The notes under the pieces: model-generated | Told to the model about the DNA's origin: nothing | The model's database searches: none | Seen by the model: the letters and a program-made list of their open reading frames with translations, nothing else | Assembly: GCF_000143415.4 (NCBI RefSeq) | Contig: NW_003314267.1 | Location: 2,955,839 to 3,019,838, forward strand | Reading direction: 5' to 3' | From: Selaginella moellendorffii | Lineage: Eukaryota; Plantae; Lycopodiophyta | DNA: 64,000 nt | Shown: one piece after another, positions 1 through 12,060 of the stretch | How positions within the stretch are numbered: position 1 is the first letter of the stretch | How the letters are laid out: every line of letters starts with the position of its first letter | Program-made: the position numbers and the translations under genes

Positions 1-1
1 C

Positions 2-196
2 ATTGGAAAGCTTCCTCACGCAGCCGGTGTCTACTTGGCAACCGGCCACAGCTGCTGGGGAATCCTGAATGCACCGGCGACCGGTGCAAGTCTAGCGGAG
101 CTCATTGTCGAAAGCCATTCTACGACAGTGGATCTCAAGCCCTTCGACCCGGCTAGATTTCTCACCGCAGAGAAAGGGAGAAGAAAGTTTCTTTGA
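2..196 (+). CDS. 3' end of FAD-dependent oxidoreductase (DAO/TDA3-like family), truncated by window edge
   Basis: Frame 2 translates IGKLPHAAGVYLATGHSCWGILNAPATGASLAELIV...DLKPFDPARF...KFL*. The ATGH..WGI..AP.TG and F.P.RF motifs are typical of the DAO-family C-terminus. Confidence 0.8.
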   Translation: MGKLPHAAGVYLATGHSCWGILNAPATGASLAELIVESHSTTVDLKPFDPARFLTAEKGRRKFL

Positions 197-302
197 TCAG
201 ATTACCAGTCTTCCCCACTCCAGCAAGGCCCTCCAGAGTGATGAAGAGCGCCTGCTCTCTGCTAATCCCACTAGATGCGAAAGTGGTGGGGATGGTATGT
301 AT

Positions 303-1551
303 CTAGGCCCACTCACCATGAAACAGTGGTTTTCTAATAACATCCGATTCTATATCCACCATCTTAGCGATGTCTGCGCACAGCTTGGTGTCGTAATCCT
401 CGGGCTGTAGCTCCACTCCCAGCTCCTTGTCAATGTCATCTGATGCGGGTACGAGGATGAACTCACAGCCTTCGTAATTAAGAAGATCTGGAGGATGGAC
501 CGGCACAAACCTGTAGGACCCCATGAGCGCTTGCAGCTTGGCGGGGTACATTGCTTTTCTCTTGTTACCCAAGCCTGCATTCGGCGGTGCTCCAGCACTA
601 GGATTCTTTGCCTGAAAGAAACTCAACCTTAGCATCCATCTATCTACCTACGAACTTCGAGTCGAATCTCACTGAGATAATAAAGGAGGCCTCCTTTTCG
701 AGATTCAATTCCTCCTGCAGAGCAGTGTGTTCCTCCTTGGGTTTGTCCAGCTTGTATATGAGGTGTGTGTGATTCTTGTGCTTTAGAATGCAGTAAACGC
801 CTTCCCCTGCCGGACGGGCTCCTGGCTGGACCCGGTGCCCGCGAGTCTTCGTGTCATATTCATCTGGCATCTGGTTTCAGAAGAGAACGCAATAATGGAA
901 ATGTAGCTTACGAGCCGAAAGGCTGTCTTTCATCGCTTGGATGGAAGTCGTGACCAAGTCCACGTAGCTCCACGCCGGACGACCTTTTGCAGCGGGATCA
1001 GGCAAGACCTTCCGTCCTACTATTATCAGTCTCATCAGCAAGCGTGTTGTCAAATCCACCTCCTGCACGAAGTGATCGATCAGGAACCATGGATAACATA
1101 AAAGATGGTCAGGTCAACACACCTGCATGCCCTGCTCCCCTGGTTTATCATCCTTGATCTCCTCCCGTAGCTCCCCGGCAGACTTCTCATCTCCGTTGCC
1201 ATCCCTGTCACCTTCTTTAGGTGTCCCCTTCACATTAACCGTGCGCTGGATGTCGTCAGCTTCTTTCTTTCCTTCGACAGCGTCCTTGGACTCTTCCAGC
1301 GTCTCCTTCACATTCTCCGAATGTGGATCTTGCTTCACTTCCAGGCTGTTATCGGCTGCGACTGGGCGGAGAACCATGTAAAGACGCTGTACCTCTCCGG
1401 CTGAGTGTGGATGCTCCACGTCAATCTTCGGGCGGTAAAAGAAGAAAATCTCCCCTATTTCCTGCCAATGTTTCGACGCATGTGTCAACATAAACAAATC
1501 GTGGTAACATACCGACACTTCCAAATCACTTCGGTTCTGCAACTTCTCCAT
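303..1551 (-). CDS. Conserved uncharacterised protein (GEIFFFYRPK...RPAGEGVY...LLNYEGCEFIL family), 5 exons
   Basis: ORF pieces 1114-1653, 877-1068, 640-870 and 303-635 join in frame through GT-AG introns. The motif set recalls an uncharacterised family seen in plants, fungi and bacteria. Confidence 0.75.
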
Positions 1552-1644
1552 GTTGTTTCTTGTCAGGAACAGAAAGAAGAATACTTGCCCCGGCCCTCGG
1601 GACCCTTCACTTGCTAGTATAAGATAGAGACAAGTGTCTTGCGT

Positions 1645-1656
1645 ACGTGTCATGCA
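1645..1656. promoter_or_regulatory. Overlapping ABRE (ACGTGTC) and RY element (CATGCA)
   Basis: Sequence ACGTGTCATGCA lies ~95 bp upstream of the ATG at 1551. Confidence 0.45.
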
Positions 1657-1773
1657 ACCAGAATTTCAAGAAACAACCTTCATTGGAGGCGGCCCATTTA
1701 TTTCAGCTGCAGCTTGACACACACCATCAAAACTTTTAGAAATCTCGAAATCTAAAACAACAAGAACCTCTCC

Positions 1774-4211
1774 TCAATCGCTATCGCTGTCTTGACTTCC
1801 ATTCAGGTAGTCCAACAAAACTTGACTCGCCAGTTTGTGCACGCTAAGACCCTTCTCATCCGCCTGCTTCTCCAATGCAGCATGGACATCAGAGTCCAGA
1901 AGAATGCGTGACCTTCCAGTACGAGGTCCTTTGTAAGTTTCGATGTGACTTTTTAGTACATCAAATCCCTGCATCGAAGACATTATTCAGCAACAATACC
2001 AGGCATTTGGATTAACAATACCATTCTCATTGTAAAATCTCCAAAAGACTCTTCAGATGTTCGTCGTGCTTTCCACAGGTAGAAGAGAGGCTCTAAAACC
2101 CTTTCAAAGTCCTGAATCTTTACTTTCTCCATAAAAGTTTGAGCCAACCGTGTCTGGTTTGCCGTGCCTCCGAGCCAAATCTACCATTGACATAAACGTG
2201 TAAATTGAAAAAGCACCACAGAAAATTACCTGATAACTATTTGCTCCATCTCCGACCAGTCCAAGTTCTGCCATGTATGGCCTCGCACAACCATTAGGAC
2301 ACCCGGTGACTCGCACCACCATCGAATCCGCCTCCTTGAGGCCCACCTAAGCAAATAATAGAGAGCAAAGATTTAACACAAGAAACACAACAAGACATAT
2401 CACCTTATCGAACATAGCTCGGATTCTTTTAAGTATGCTCGGTATGCCTCGTTCAGCCTCTGCGATTGCCAACGGGCACAACGGTAGTGCTGGACATGCC
2501 ATGGACGTCAAGTTAAGACTATCTATGTGACGAGGGGCCTGCAATGTTTGTCATGAGAAAAGAGCTCACCATAAAAAATCAGCATACCAGCAGTCCCACT
2601 TGAGCAAGTGTCTTTGTAATCCGTGACTTCCAAGAAGGTCGAATGTCACATAGAATCAGATTTTGATTGGGAGTCAAACGCACACTTAGCTGATATGATT
2701 CGATTATCTCTCGGAGCGTTTTCTTGGCATCACCTTTGATTCTTCCGTTGTCTACATGAACACCAAAGAACAGTTTGCCATCTCCCTGACAATGTAAACC
2801 GTTTAGAAAGGGGGAAAAAACGCAAAGATGGAATACCTGTTCATGCCATCCTAAGTAGCTCTCAAACTTCCAAGGTGGAAGCGTCTGAAATGTTTCAAAC
2901 TGCTTGCCGTAATAGCTCTCTACAACCGAACGGAACTTGTCGATTCCCCAGTCATGAACCAGGTACTTCATCCTTGCCTGGCGTCTATCGTCGCGGCGGC
3001 CATAATCCCTCTGCGTCGCCACAATGGCTTTAACAGCGTGCAAGAGGTCATCTTTGGAGACATATCCCAGAGGTTCGGCCAACCGAGGAAATGAAGTTTC
3101 TATGCGATGTGTCCTGCCCATCCCTCCGCCGACCTTGAAACAAAAACAAGTCAGAACGTTCAGAAGGGTCGAGCTCGAGATAAAACTTACATAAATGTTG
3201 TAACCTTGAAGCTCGTCAGCCTCATTGACGATGGTGACAACCCCAATGTCGTTGGTGAGAATGTCGACTGAGTTGTCGGAAGGAACCGTGACGGCAATCT
3301 TGAACTTGCGCGGTAAGAACTGGGTGCCATAGATTGGTTCCGGGGAGCCCTCAAAGTTTGTCCCGTGAGAATTGTCATTACGGGCCTGGGTGACATCAGG
3401 TGGCTCAGCAGACATGACCTTCTCACCGTCCACCCAGAGGTCATAGTAAGAACCGGCTTGAGGTGCTAAAAGAGCCGCAAGTTTATCCGCAGCCTCCACT
3501 GCGTAGAGATAGTCCTTCCTGTTCTTGAAGGGTGCCGCCGGGGCCAGCACGTTTCGATTGACATCACCGCATGCGCCTAGCGTGGATCCCATGTTTTTGA
3601 TGATGGTGCTCATCACGGTCTTGAGATTGTGCTTGAGCACCCCGTGAAGTTGGAAGGTCTGCCGCGTCGTCAGCCGCAAGGTGCCGGATCCAAACTCGTC
3701 GGCAAGATCATCCATCACCTTGTAGAGCTGATTGGTGACGATACCCGCAGGCTGCTTGGTCCGGAGCATAAACTGGTACGCCTTTCCGCTGCGAACGTCC
3801 CGATCGGCCTGCTGGTAGCTACCGTGGAACTTGATCAGCTGGACAGCGGATTCATTGATGTTTGGAGCCTCGGTCTCAAGCTCCTCCCGCAGGGGAAAGC
3901 GCAAGAAGTTGCTGTTTTCCTTGATCAACTCCACCTTGCTCCGCTTGGCAGGAAGCGTGGCCGGAGGCCTGGCAGGCTGTGGGATTATTGTCAGAGGATC
4001 CAAGGGCGAGGGAATGTACGCGACTTACCGCGGCCACGGCTTCAGCACGGACGACGATCATCCGCGTTTGCTGCTGCTGCTGCTGCTGTTGCAAGGAATC
4101 CATCCGCCGCAGCAACATCGATGAGCTGGGGATGCTAGCCTTGGCGAGTCTGAGGCCTCCATAGCTGGGGAGAGAGGAGGAGCCGCATTCTGGTAGCGAG
4201 CAAGCCGCCAT
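1774..4211 (-). CDS. SIR: Ferredoxin-dependent sulfite reductase, plastid, with C-terminal ribbon-helix-helix-like extension
   Basis: Motifs [49 protein letters not shown], siroheme/4Fe-4S Cys motifs [12 protein letters not shown] and [11 protein letters not shown]; transit peptide contains poly-Q; multi-exon. Confidence 0.97.
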
Positions 4212-4242
4212 AGCGATCGTGGGCAATTTTGCTTTGCTCCCA

Positions 4243-4296
4243 AAACCCTAGAGGGTATTTGGACTGGATTCAATGAACATGGTGCTGCCACGTGTC
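4243..4296. promoter_or_regulatory. Bidirectional promoter elements: telo-box (AAACCCTA) and G-box/ABRE (GCCACGTGTC)
   Basis: Both motifs lie in the ~180 bp between the divergent SiR and F-box start codons. Confidence 0.45.
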
Positions 4297-4394
4297 GCGA
4301 AATTTCCATCTGGATTCCTGGGAAGCGGGTTAATCCAGCAAACTGAGCCCAGTTAGGGCAAATGGGTAGGTAGCGACACAGCAGTCATGTGTGG

Positions 4395-5764
4395 ATGGAG
4401 GAGGAGGGACAGGAGGTTTGTTTCGACGCGCTCCCGGATTCCGTAGCGTGCGCCATCCTGTCCAAGCTCAGGGACGCACAGACCGTGGCTCAATGCGCCG
4501 CGGTGTGCCGGCGGTGGAGGGCTCTGTGCGCTGCCGTGGACGCGCTGAGCTTCGAGTCGTTCCAGCTCTTCGAGAAGCGCGTGGGCAGGGCGAGCAAGGC
4601 GTCGTGCCTGGAGGCGATCGTGTCGCGGATGCTGCTACGGAGTGACGGGGTGAGGGAGCTGGGGATTTGCTACCACCCCGTGGAGTGGCCATGGATCCGC
4701 GGCGACCACTTCAGCGAGGACAAGGTGTGCGCGTGGCTGGGCCACGTCCGAGCCTCGCTGGAGAAGCTGGTGCTGGTCGACCCCAACAGGGAGAGGCCAC
4801 AGCCGCTCAAGCTGCTCCAGCTCTCGCGCTGCCCCAGGCTCAGGTGGCTCAACCTCTGCTACGGGATCATCCCCGACCTCCCAGGCGACATGAAGCGCAT
4901 GGAGAGCCTGCGGACGTGTGTGCTCGACCTCATTGCCATCACCGACTCGGCGCTCGAGGCGCTGCTGCTCCTCTGTCCTTGCCTCGAGGACCTGCGCCTC
5001 AACTCGTGCAAGGGGCTTCGCGCCCCAAGCCTCGTCTCGCCGAGACTGGCGTCGCTCGAGTTGGTGCACGAGATGGACATGTGCGAGGCGACCGTCGCCT
5101 GCCTCAGCCTCGACACGCCCAAGCTCACCAGGCTGTCGCTCAGCTACGTGGAGGAGCTCATTGCCGACGGCGAGGCGCTGCTGGAGCTAGGCCTGCTGTG
5201 CCACGTCCGTCCCAGGATCCGGGACCTGTCATACCTCACGGCGCTGCAAATGAAGGGCGAGGTGTGGCTGCTGGAGAGCATTGTGGAGCTGGTGCGGCTG
5301 GGAGCCAACGTAACTCAGCTCCATGTCGACGCCGTTATCGACAACAAGAGCCCCATTCAGCTCGACGCCTTGTTTCGCCACTTGCCGCTGCTCACCAAGC
5401 TCTACATTGGTGCCGACATGTTTGAGGTATGGCCTCCTTTCTCTTGCGTGACGCTATAGCTCGACTTTGCTGGCTGCGTGAGCAGTGCGTGCAAGCTGGT
5501 GCCGCCGGCGTCACGGGCAGCGCAACCTTGCGGCTCCCGCGACTGGAAGAAATAGTCGCCGTGGTGTGCAGCGGCAGCAACGGCTGCATCGCAGTGCTGG
5601 CCACGCTACTCCGATGCTCCTCGTCTCTGCGATCCCTGCGAATAAACGCGCACCAGCTGAGCAAAGGCGTTGGAAACATCACGTTCTTCACCGATGTCTT
5701 GGGCTTGCAGAGGGAGTTTTCGCAAGTCGAGATTGTCCTCGACTGTCCTTATACGTTACTGTGA
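4395..5764 (+). CDS. F-box/LRR-repeat protein, 2 exons
   Basis: N-terminal F-box FDALPDSVACAILSKL...CAAVCRRWRAL, then LxxLxL repeats (LEDLRLNSC); one intron ~5427-5484. Confidence 0.85.
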
Positions 5765-5860
5765 GATTTGGGGAATGGCTTGCCGTTGCAAGCGCGTGTA
5801 CATAAAAAGCGAATAACGAAGTGTAAATACAAATGGATCGATGACAAGCTTTGCTTCAGC

Positions 5861-8545
5861 TCACAAAATCCTCTTGAGCTCGTTCCTTAGTGCCTTCAGA
5901 GATACTGGCTTGGTGAGCACGGCCTTCATTCCCAGGCTCAAACACTTCTCGCGGGTGCTATCGTCGGTGTTTGCAGTCAAAGCCACAATGTGAAGCCCTT
6001 CTCTTGGATATAGCTTCTGGATCTCTGCTGTTAGTTCGTATCCGTCCATCTGATCGACACATAAGTTCGTTCAAGAGTGAAAAGAAAAGAAGGAAAGGGG
6101 ATCACCTCTGGCATGCACAAGTCGACGAGGACAATGCTATACGCCGAAGGTCCTTCTGCCGCAAGAGTTTTGAGGCAAGTTTCCCCGGATTCCACCACAG
6201 TCGATTTGCATCCAAGATTGTTAAGCAGCCTGCGAATCACTGTCCTGTTGACGGCATTGTCGTCCACAGCCAGGATCTGAAAGCCCGCACGGTCATTGAA
6301 GAATGTCCGAGTTAGAAGGGACTCAAATACCTTCAAGCTATGGAAATTATCTCCCGGGGCCTTTGGTGACAGGATCATATGAACTTGCTCCATCTCGGAG
6401 ACAACCGAGACTCGCACATAGAAGCGGCACGTACTGCCTTTGTCCAAGCCTTCAGAGGTGATGGAAATGCTGCCATTCATCAGCTATAACCCAAAACTGT
6501 GAGCCAGTTAACCACTTTGAGAACAAAAGCTGGCTGACACACAAACCTCGACAAACTTTTTGGAGATCGCGAGCCCCAGCCCGGATCCACCATACTTGCG
6601 GGACGTGCTACTATCCGCCTGAACGAACTTGTTGAACAAACGGGGGAGATCAGTAGCTCTGATGCCGATTCCGGTGTCCTCAACCTCAAAATGAATGTAC
6701 CTTTGCGTCATGCACCTTCCTGGTGATGCTGGCTCGTGTGATACCTGGGCGTCCGGAGCCTTGCTCGCAAACACTGTCAAGTGGACGTGGCCCTGAGCGG
6801 TGAATTTAATGGCATTCCCAACCTGCACATCACAAGTTTGAGGTGGTAAAACTTATCACCCTCAAGAGGTGATCAGAAAGTTACGTTTCCACTGCTCACC
6901 ACATTGAGAAGAACCTGTAGAATTCGAGTGCTGTCTCCCATGACAGTGTCCGGAAGGAATCCCATCCTCTTGAGAGCGAATGGAAGATGTTTAGCCACCG
7001 CCAACGGCGAGACGAGCCTCTCTGCATCGTCCAACAGCTTGGCCACCTTGAATGGTTGGATATCTAGCATCAGACTCCCAGCTTCGAGCCTGGAGAAGTC
7101 GAGCACATCGTTGATCAACGTGGATAGCAGGCTGCCACTCTTGGATATGGTCTCCACCATGGACTGCTGGTCGGACGTGAGGCCCGAGTCGAGGAGCAAG
7201 GAGGAGAGCGCGATGATGGCATGCATGGGAGTCCGCATCTCGTGGTTCATTACAACCAGAAACTCGTTGCGGGCCAGAACTGCAGACTCGGCTTCCTTTT
7301 TGGCCTTCTGCAGGGCCAGGTTCTGCTCGATGAGCTGATCTTGCACTTTCAACGTTTCCTCGACTACAGCAGCATGGGACAAGGCAACTGCAACCTTAAC
7401 AGATCAAATTAAGATGTCATTGTGAGAAACCACACCACCTGGCTGTAGAGTACCTGATCAGCAACAGCCTCGACGAGCTCAAGCTCGTGGTCACCCCATG
7501 CCTTTTGAAGGTTTTTTGGAAAGGACAGGACCATGAGAGCGTAGCATTCCTTGTCAGGATGACTAACGCAGCCGCTGCTGGCCAACAACGGGATTCTGAT
7601 AGCCACCACGCTACCATGGTTGAAACTCGTCTGGCCAGCTCCCGCTAGCGGGCCCAGTGCCTTGGATGGCACCACAACCGCACCATTGTTGCTAAAGACC
7701 TGTGAATCAAGAGCAGGGAATAGATCACTCCTCATGCAGGTGCCCAACATACCAGGTCAACGAGGCTGGTCGAGAGGGGAATTTCAGGCGGAGCAAAAGT
7801 GTCCTGCGCTCCAAGCTTGTGCGCAAGCTCCAGAACGTTGGCACTCGCCCTGGGCATCCAAATGTTGCAGCTTTCCAGCTCGAGGGTGTGCGACAGCTCT
7901 ATCATCGTCGTGCTTAGAATCTTGTGGCGATCCAGCGAGCTTCGGATCTCATCAGTGAGCATTCGGACATGCTTGAGGACTTGCTGATCTTTCTTGATAT
8001 TTCCCACCTCAACGTCCAGTTCTGCAGTCTGCAAATTCAAGTCAGCCCAGTTTCTGGAGTTGCGGGGTGTGTGCTTGCCTTTTGCGTATAAAACTCCTCT
8101 CTCTTCTTTACATCAAGTAACTCCGGGATGACCCAGATCAAGAGTACGGCAGTTAGGCACGAGACAGTTGCTGTGACCACTTTGGCAATCGTCATGCCAA
8201 TATGCGCCGCTTCCGAGTTCACGTAGAAGTTCCATAGCGTTAGCAAGTGTGTGATACCGCACAGGACAATGAAAAGACCAAAAAGAGCAATCACCCAGCG
8301 GAAGGGGAGCACCTGGAAAACCAAAAGCCGGCCTAAGGAGTGGCGTGTACGAGCTTCGAGACCACACGAACCTGGGATTTGATGAGAAAGTAGACCAGCT
8401 CAAGAGGGATCGAGAAATAAGCAACTGCAATGAGGAAATCGGAGCCAAGCTGCCATTTGGCGAGTACAGTGTGGCGCCTGTGTGACCAACCATTCGATTC
8501 CGTCAAGTCCGTCTGTCGGAGTTCCCTGAGAGCGAAGAAGAGCAT
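5861..8545 (-). CDS. ETR1: Ethylene receptor, ETR1-like hybrid histidine kinase (TM ethylene-binding domain, GAF, HK, receiver)
   Basis: SDFLIAVAYFSIPLEL and FIVLCGITHL (Cu-ligand Cys/His), H-box NHEMRTPMH, GNAIKFT, EDTGIGI, GSGLGLAISK, receiver DD...DLCMP...TKP. Start codon uncertain (8545, or 8633 with an extra intron). Confidence 0.93.
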
Positions 8546-8861
8546 CTTCTTCTCTGCTGCCTCCCTGCTGGTTCTACGTGACGAGCACGGGCACGAGCAA
8601 CAGCGGGATTTTCGCAATCCTGGGATTCGGCATCACCGAAGCGTTCCATAAGCGATTGCTACCATTTGCTCAATCTGCTCTTTGGTCGTCCCTGAGCGCC
8701 AGCGATGCCGCAAGAAGATGGATAAAGTCCCCTCAGGTTAACGGAAATGTCATGTGACACCATTCTAAATCTCGACCGTCTGCCTCCCACCCATCTCAGC
8801 CATTGGAAACGCCAGCGCCTCGACAGTTGCTTGGCTCAAGAAGAAAAAAAACAAGTGGATT

Positions 8862-10090
8862 TTACAGGGTCAAGAGGCCCACGGCCATGGCGGTGGCGGG
8901 CACCGTTAGATTGTCGTCAAGAGCGCTGCTTATGGGCAGCGATTCCACGACCGTGGTTGCCAGCGACACGGCCACAATCCCGATGATTGTCCTCACGCCC
9001 ATGTCAAAGTAGCCCAATTGCGAGAAGAGGAACGTATAGCTGCGCAGCAAAGGGCAAACAGCACAGGATGAGCATGGCCGTCAAGAGGCTCATTAGCTGG
9101 TACTGACAGCATGGAGAATGCGGCGCTCATGACAAACATCGCAACGCTTCCTTGGAGCGATTTGTTGGGATTGTAGGGGAGTTTCCAGCGACCGTACTTT
9201 CGTCCAAAGATATCAGCGAAGCCTGGTTGAGATTTCCGTCGACATCAAAGAGAAAAGAAAGGAAGTTTGTGTTACCATCTCCAGCACACAAGTTGGCGAT
9301 CGTAACCACACCACATGGTGAATTCCTCCAGAAAAAGAGCGTTGCAATGGAGATTGTGATGGCGTAGTACAGCGGCCCTTTGAGCAGTTCCCTGTCCAAC
9401 CACAGTTCTAAACTCATCTCCCTCGAAGAAGAATTTAGCCTGCTCCATACCTGGGGTGGCCATCACGGCTAACCGCCTTCACAAATGCCTTGTTCTCCAA
9501 CAGCCCAGTTCCAAATGCCACCATTCTCAAAGCGTTGGTGAGCGGGGCGATGGCCGCCAGGTATCGCGCCCGAGGAGCATCGCTGCGTGGTGGTATTTAG
9601 AAAATGAAAAGGTTCCAACACTCAACCTGAAGAGCGGCCAAAAGAGCATGAAGATGAGCCCCACGCATATGTGCACCAGCTTCCTGCTTAGTTTCTACTA
9701 AAACGCACAACATTATGATGCTGCCAATATGTCAATGTCGATGAGATTGGTTACCTTGTCGAACACGTCCCTCTTGGCGAGCTCGTCAAAGAACCTGAGC
9801 GATCCCAGAGCTCCGGACAGTGTGACGGCGGACATGAGCAGATCGTAGCCCAGTTGATGCTGCTGCGGAAGTGGTGCCACGGATCCCATGTTTTGCAGCA
9901 GCCCAAAACCTGCGCAGGATCCGGAGCTCCTCCTTGTCGAAAAGACTAGGTCGTGTCTCACACTCACTACTGATGCTGATGCCCGGCTCTTATCTAGAAT
10001 CCTCGGAATTGGGCACTCCCTCCGGGCGCCAAAACCTTGATCCCTGGCATGCAACGCGAACAGGGCCAGCTGACTAGCAGATGCCGCCAT
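8862..10090 (-). CDS. Phytol/farnesol kinase family protein (VTE5/FOLK-like), plastid
   Basis: KLSRKLVHICVGLIFMLFWPLF, RELLKGPLYY, LCAGDG, VESLPISSALDDNLTVP; multi-exon. Confidence 0.9.
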
Positions 10091-10127
10091 AGCCGGAGCT
10101 TGAACGGAGACTGATTCAACTTAAAAA

Positions 10128-12041
10128 ATGTCAAGCGTACACGTTTGCTCCACATCTAGAAGGATGGACGTGGAGAAGCTCATCAGATCCTGCAAGAGCG
10201 CCGCGCAAGCCCAGCAGATAGGCGACGAGCTCGGATGGCTTACCGGCTCCGAATCCAGCCCACTTCCGCCCTTCCGCCGCCTCTACTTCTCCAATCTCCT
10301 CATCCAAATGCTGGGAGCCGTCGGGTGCGTGGATCGCGCTCGCCAGATCTTCGACTCCATGGTGGCCAAAGATGGATTCTCCTGGAACCTGATGCTGGCT
10401 GCCTACATTCACAACGGCCAGTTGCATGAAGCACTCGGCCTCTTTGCAGTCATGCCACACCGGGACCTCGTTGCCATGAACACCATTCTCGCGGCTCATG
10501 CAAGGGAGGGACGTGTCAACGAGTGCCAGTCCCTCTTCTCTGCCATGCCTCATCTCACCCTCGTCTCCTGGAACTCCCTGCTCTCGGCGTATGCCCAAAC
10601 TGGGCATCTCGAAAGAGCAAGGAAAGTGTTTGCCTCCATGCCCGATAAGAACCAGGTCTCCTGGAACTCGATCCTTACGGCATTTTCAGAAGCAGGGAAT
10701 CTGGGCGAAGCAAAGAGGATGTTTTTTACAGAAATGCCGAGCTGGGACCTCCTCTCGTGGACTGTGTTGCTCTCGGCTTATGCCCAGTCGGGGCATCACA
10801 AAGAAACCAGGGCTGTGTTCGACGCGATGCCGGAGAGAGATATTGTGTCGTGGAACGCCATGCTGTCGGCGTACGCCCACGGCGGGGGGAGCTTAGCCGA
10901 CGCGGAGAGCTTCTATACAGAGGAGATGGAAGCCAGGAATCTGGTGTCGTCCAACGCGATGCTGGCGGCATTCATCAGGAAGCTCCAGATCCCACGGGCA
11001 AAGCAGTTCTTTGATTCGATGCCAGAGAGGAATCTCATCTCCTGGACGGCGCTCATGAACGGGTTCGCCGAGCACGGCGACGTGGAGAGCGCCGCCCGCC
11101 TGTTTGCGGAGATGCCGCAGCTCAGCGTCGTGTCTTGCAATGCGGTGCTGGCGGTACATGCCCAGGCGGGGCGCGTGCGGGAGGCGACAGATCTCTTCCA
11201 TGCCATGCCCGAGAGGAATCTCATCTCGTGGACGGCAATGCTCGAACTGTCTGCGCGATCGGGAGACTTGGAGTCGGCCAAGGCTCTGTTTGACGGAATG
11301 CCGGAGCAGGACGCGGCGGCGTGCACAGTTCTGCTCACTGCCTACGCCAATGCTGGGCTGTTGGAGCAAGCCAGATCCATCCTGGGCGCCACCCAGTCGC
11401 GGGATGTCATCCTGTGGAACAGCATGCTGACGATCCTTGGCAATCTCAGGGCCGTGGACGAGGCACGAGACTTGTTCCACGAGATGAGCGAGCGAAACCC
11501 CGTGTCCTGGACTGCCATGCTTGCTGCCTACGCCCACAACGGGCACTGCGGCTGCGCCGCCAGAATGTTTGAGCAGATGCCCGCTAGGAGCCTGGTGGCG
11601 TGGAACTCGATCCTCTCCATGCTTGCAAACAACGGCCACTGGCGCCGTGCGGTGGAGATGTCTTACGAGATGATGGTGGCGGGATTGGAGGCGGACGAGG
11701 CCAGCATCGTGTGCATACTGATCGCGAGCATTCACAGCGGCGACGTGGAAGCCGGGAGGAGGCATTTCCAGTCGGCAAGCTTCGACCAGTCGGTAAGAAC
11801 CAACAAGCAACACTACAGCTGCATGGTGCACCTGTTGAGCCGGGCCAAGCGTCTGGACGAGGCGCGCGAGCTCATCCACACCATGCCCTTCGCTCCCGAT
11901 TCCCAGGACTGGATTTGCTTGCTTGCTGCCGTCGGCGGTGGCAAACGCAGGGAGGAGAATGGAGGCGAGGCAGTGCAATGCGCCCTTGAGCTGGAGCCGA
12001 CGACTGGCGCGCCCTATGTGTTGCTTTCAGCCACAGCATAG
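10128..12041 (+). CDS. PLS-class PPR protein (tandem ~31-aa S/SS repeats, partial E domain, no DYW), intronless
   Basis: Repeats such as MPERNLISWTALMNGFAEHGDVESAARLFAE; ends HYSCMVHLLSRA...MPFAPD...YVLLSATA*. ATG at 10128 or 10163. Confidence 0.93.
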   Translation: MSSVHVCSTSRRMDVEKLIRSCKSAAQAQQIGDELGWLTGSESSPLPPFRRLYFSNLLIQMLGAVGCVDRARQIFDSMVAKDGFSWNLMLAAYIHNGQLHEALGLFAVMPHRDLVAMNTILAAHAREGRVNECQSLFSAMPHLTLVSWNSLLSAYAQTGHLERARKVFASMPDKNQVSWNSILTAFSEAGNLGEAKRMFFTEMPSWDLLSWTVLLSAYAQSGHHKETRAVFDAMPERDIVSWNAMLSAYAHGGGSLADAESFYTEEMEARNLVSSNAMLAAFIRKLQIPRAKQFFDSMPERNLISWTALMNGFAEHGDVESAARLFAEMPQLSVVSCNAVLAVHAQAGRVREATDLFHAMPERNLISWTAMLELSARSGDLESAKALFDGMPEQDAAACTVLLTAYANAGLLEQARSILGATQSRDVILWNSMLTILGNLRAVDEARDLFHEMSERNPVSWTAMLAAYAHNGHCGCAARMFEQMPARSLVAWNSILSMLANNGHWRRAVEMSYEMMVAGLEADEASIVCILIASIHSGDVEAGRRHFQSASFDQSVRTNKQHYSCMVHLLSRAKRLDEARELIHTMPFAPDSQDWICLLAAVGGGKRREENGGEAVQCALELEPTTGAPYVLLSATA

Positions 12042-12060
12042 GGGTTTAGGGTTCTTGGTC

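Noticed and set aside
4069-4092. (CAG)n/(AGC)n microsatellites here, at ~17947 and at ~61167
   Set aside because: Ordinary poly-Q/poly-S tracts in transit peptides or a transcription-factor linker.
10893-11978. 361-aa antisense ORF over the PPR gene
   Set aside because: Shadow ORF of a GC-rich repetitive CDS.
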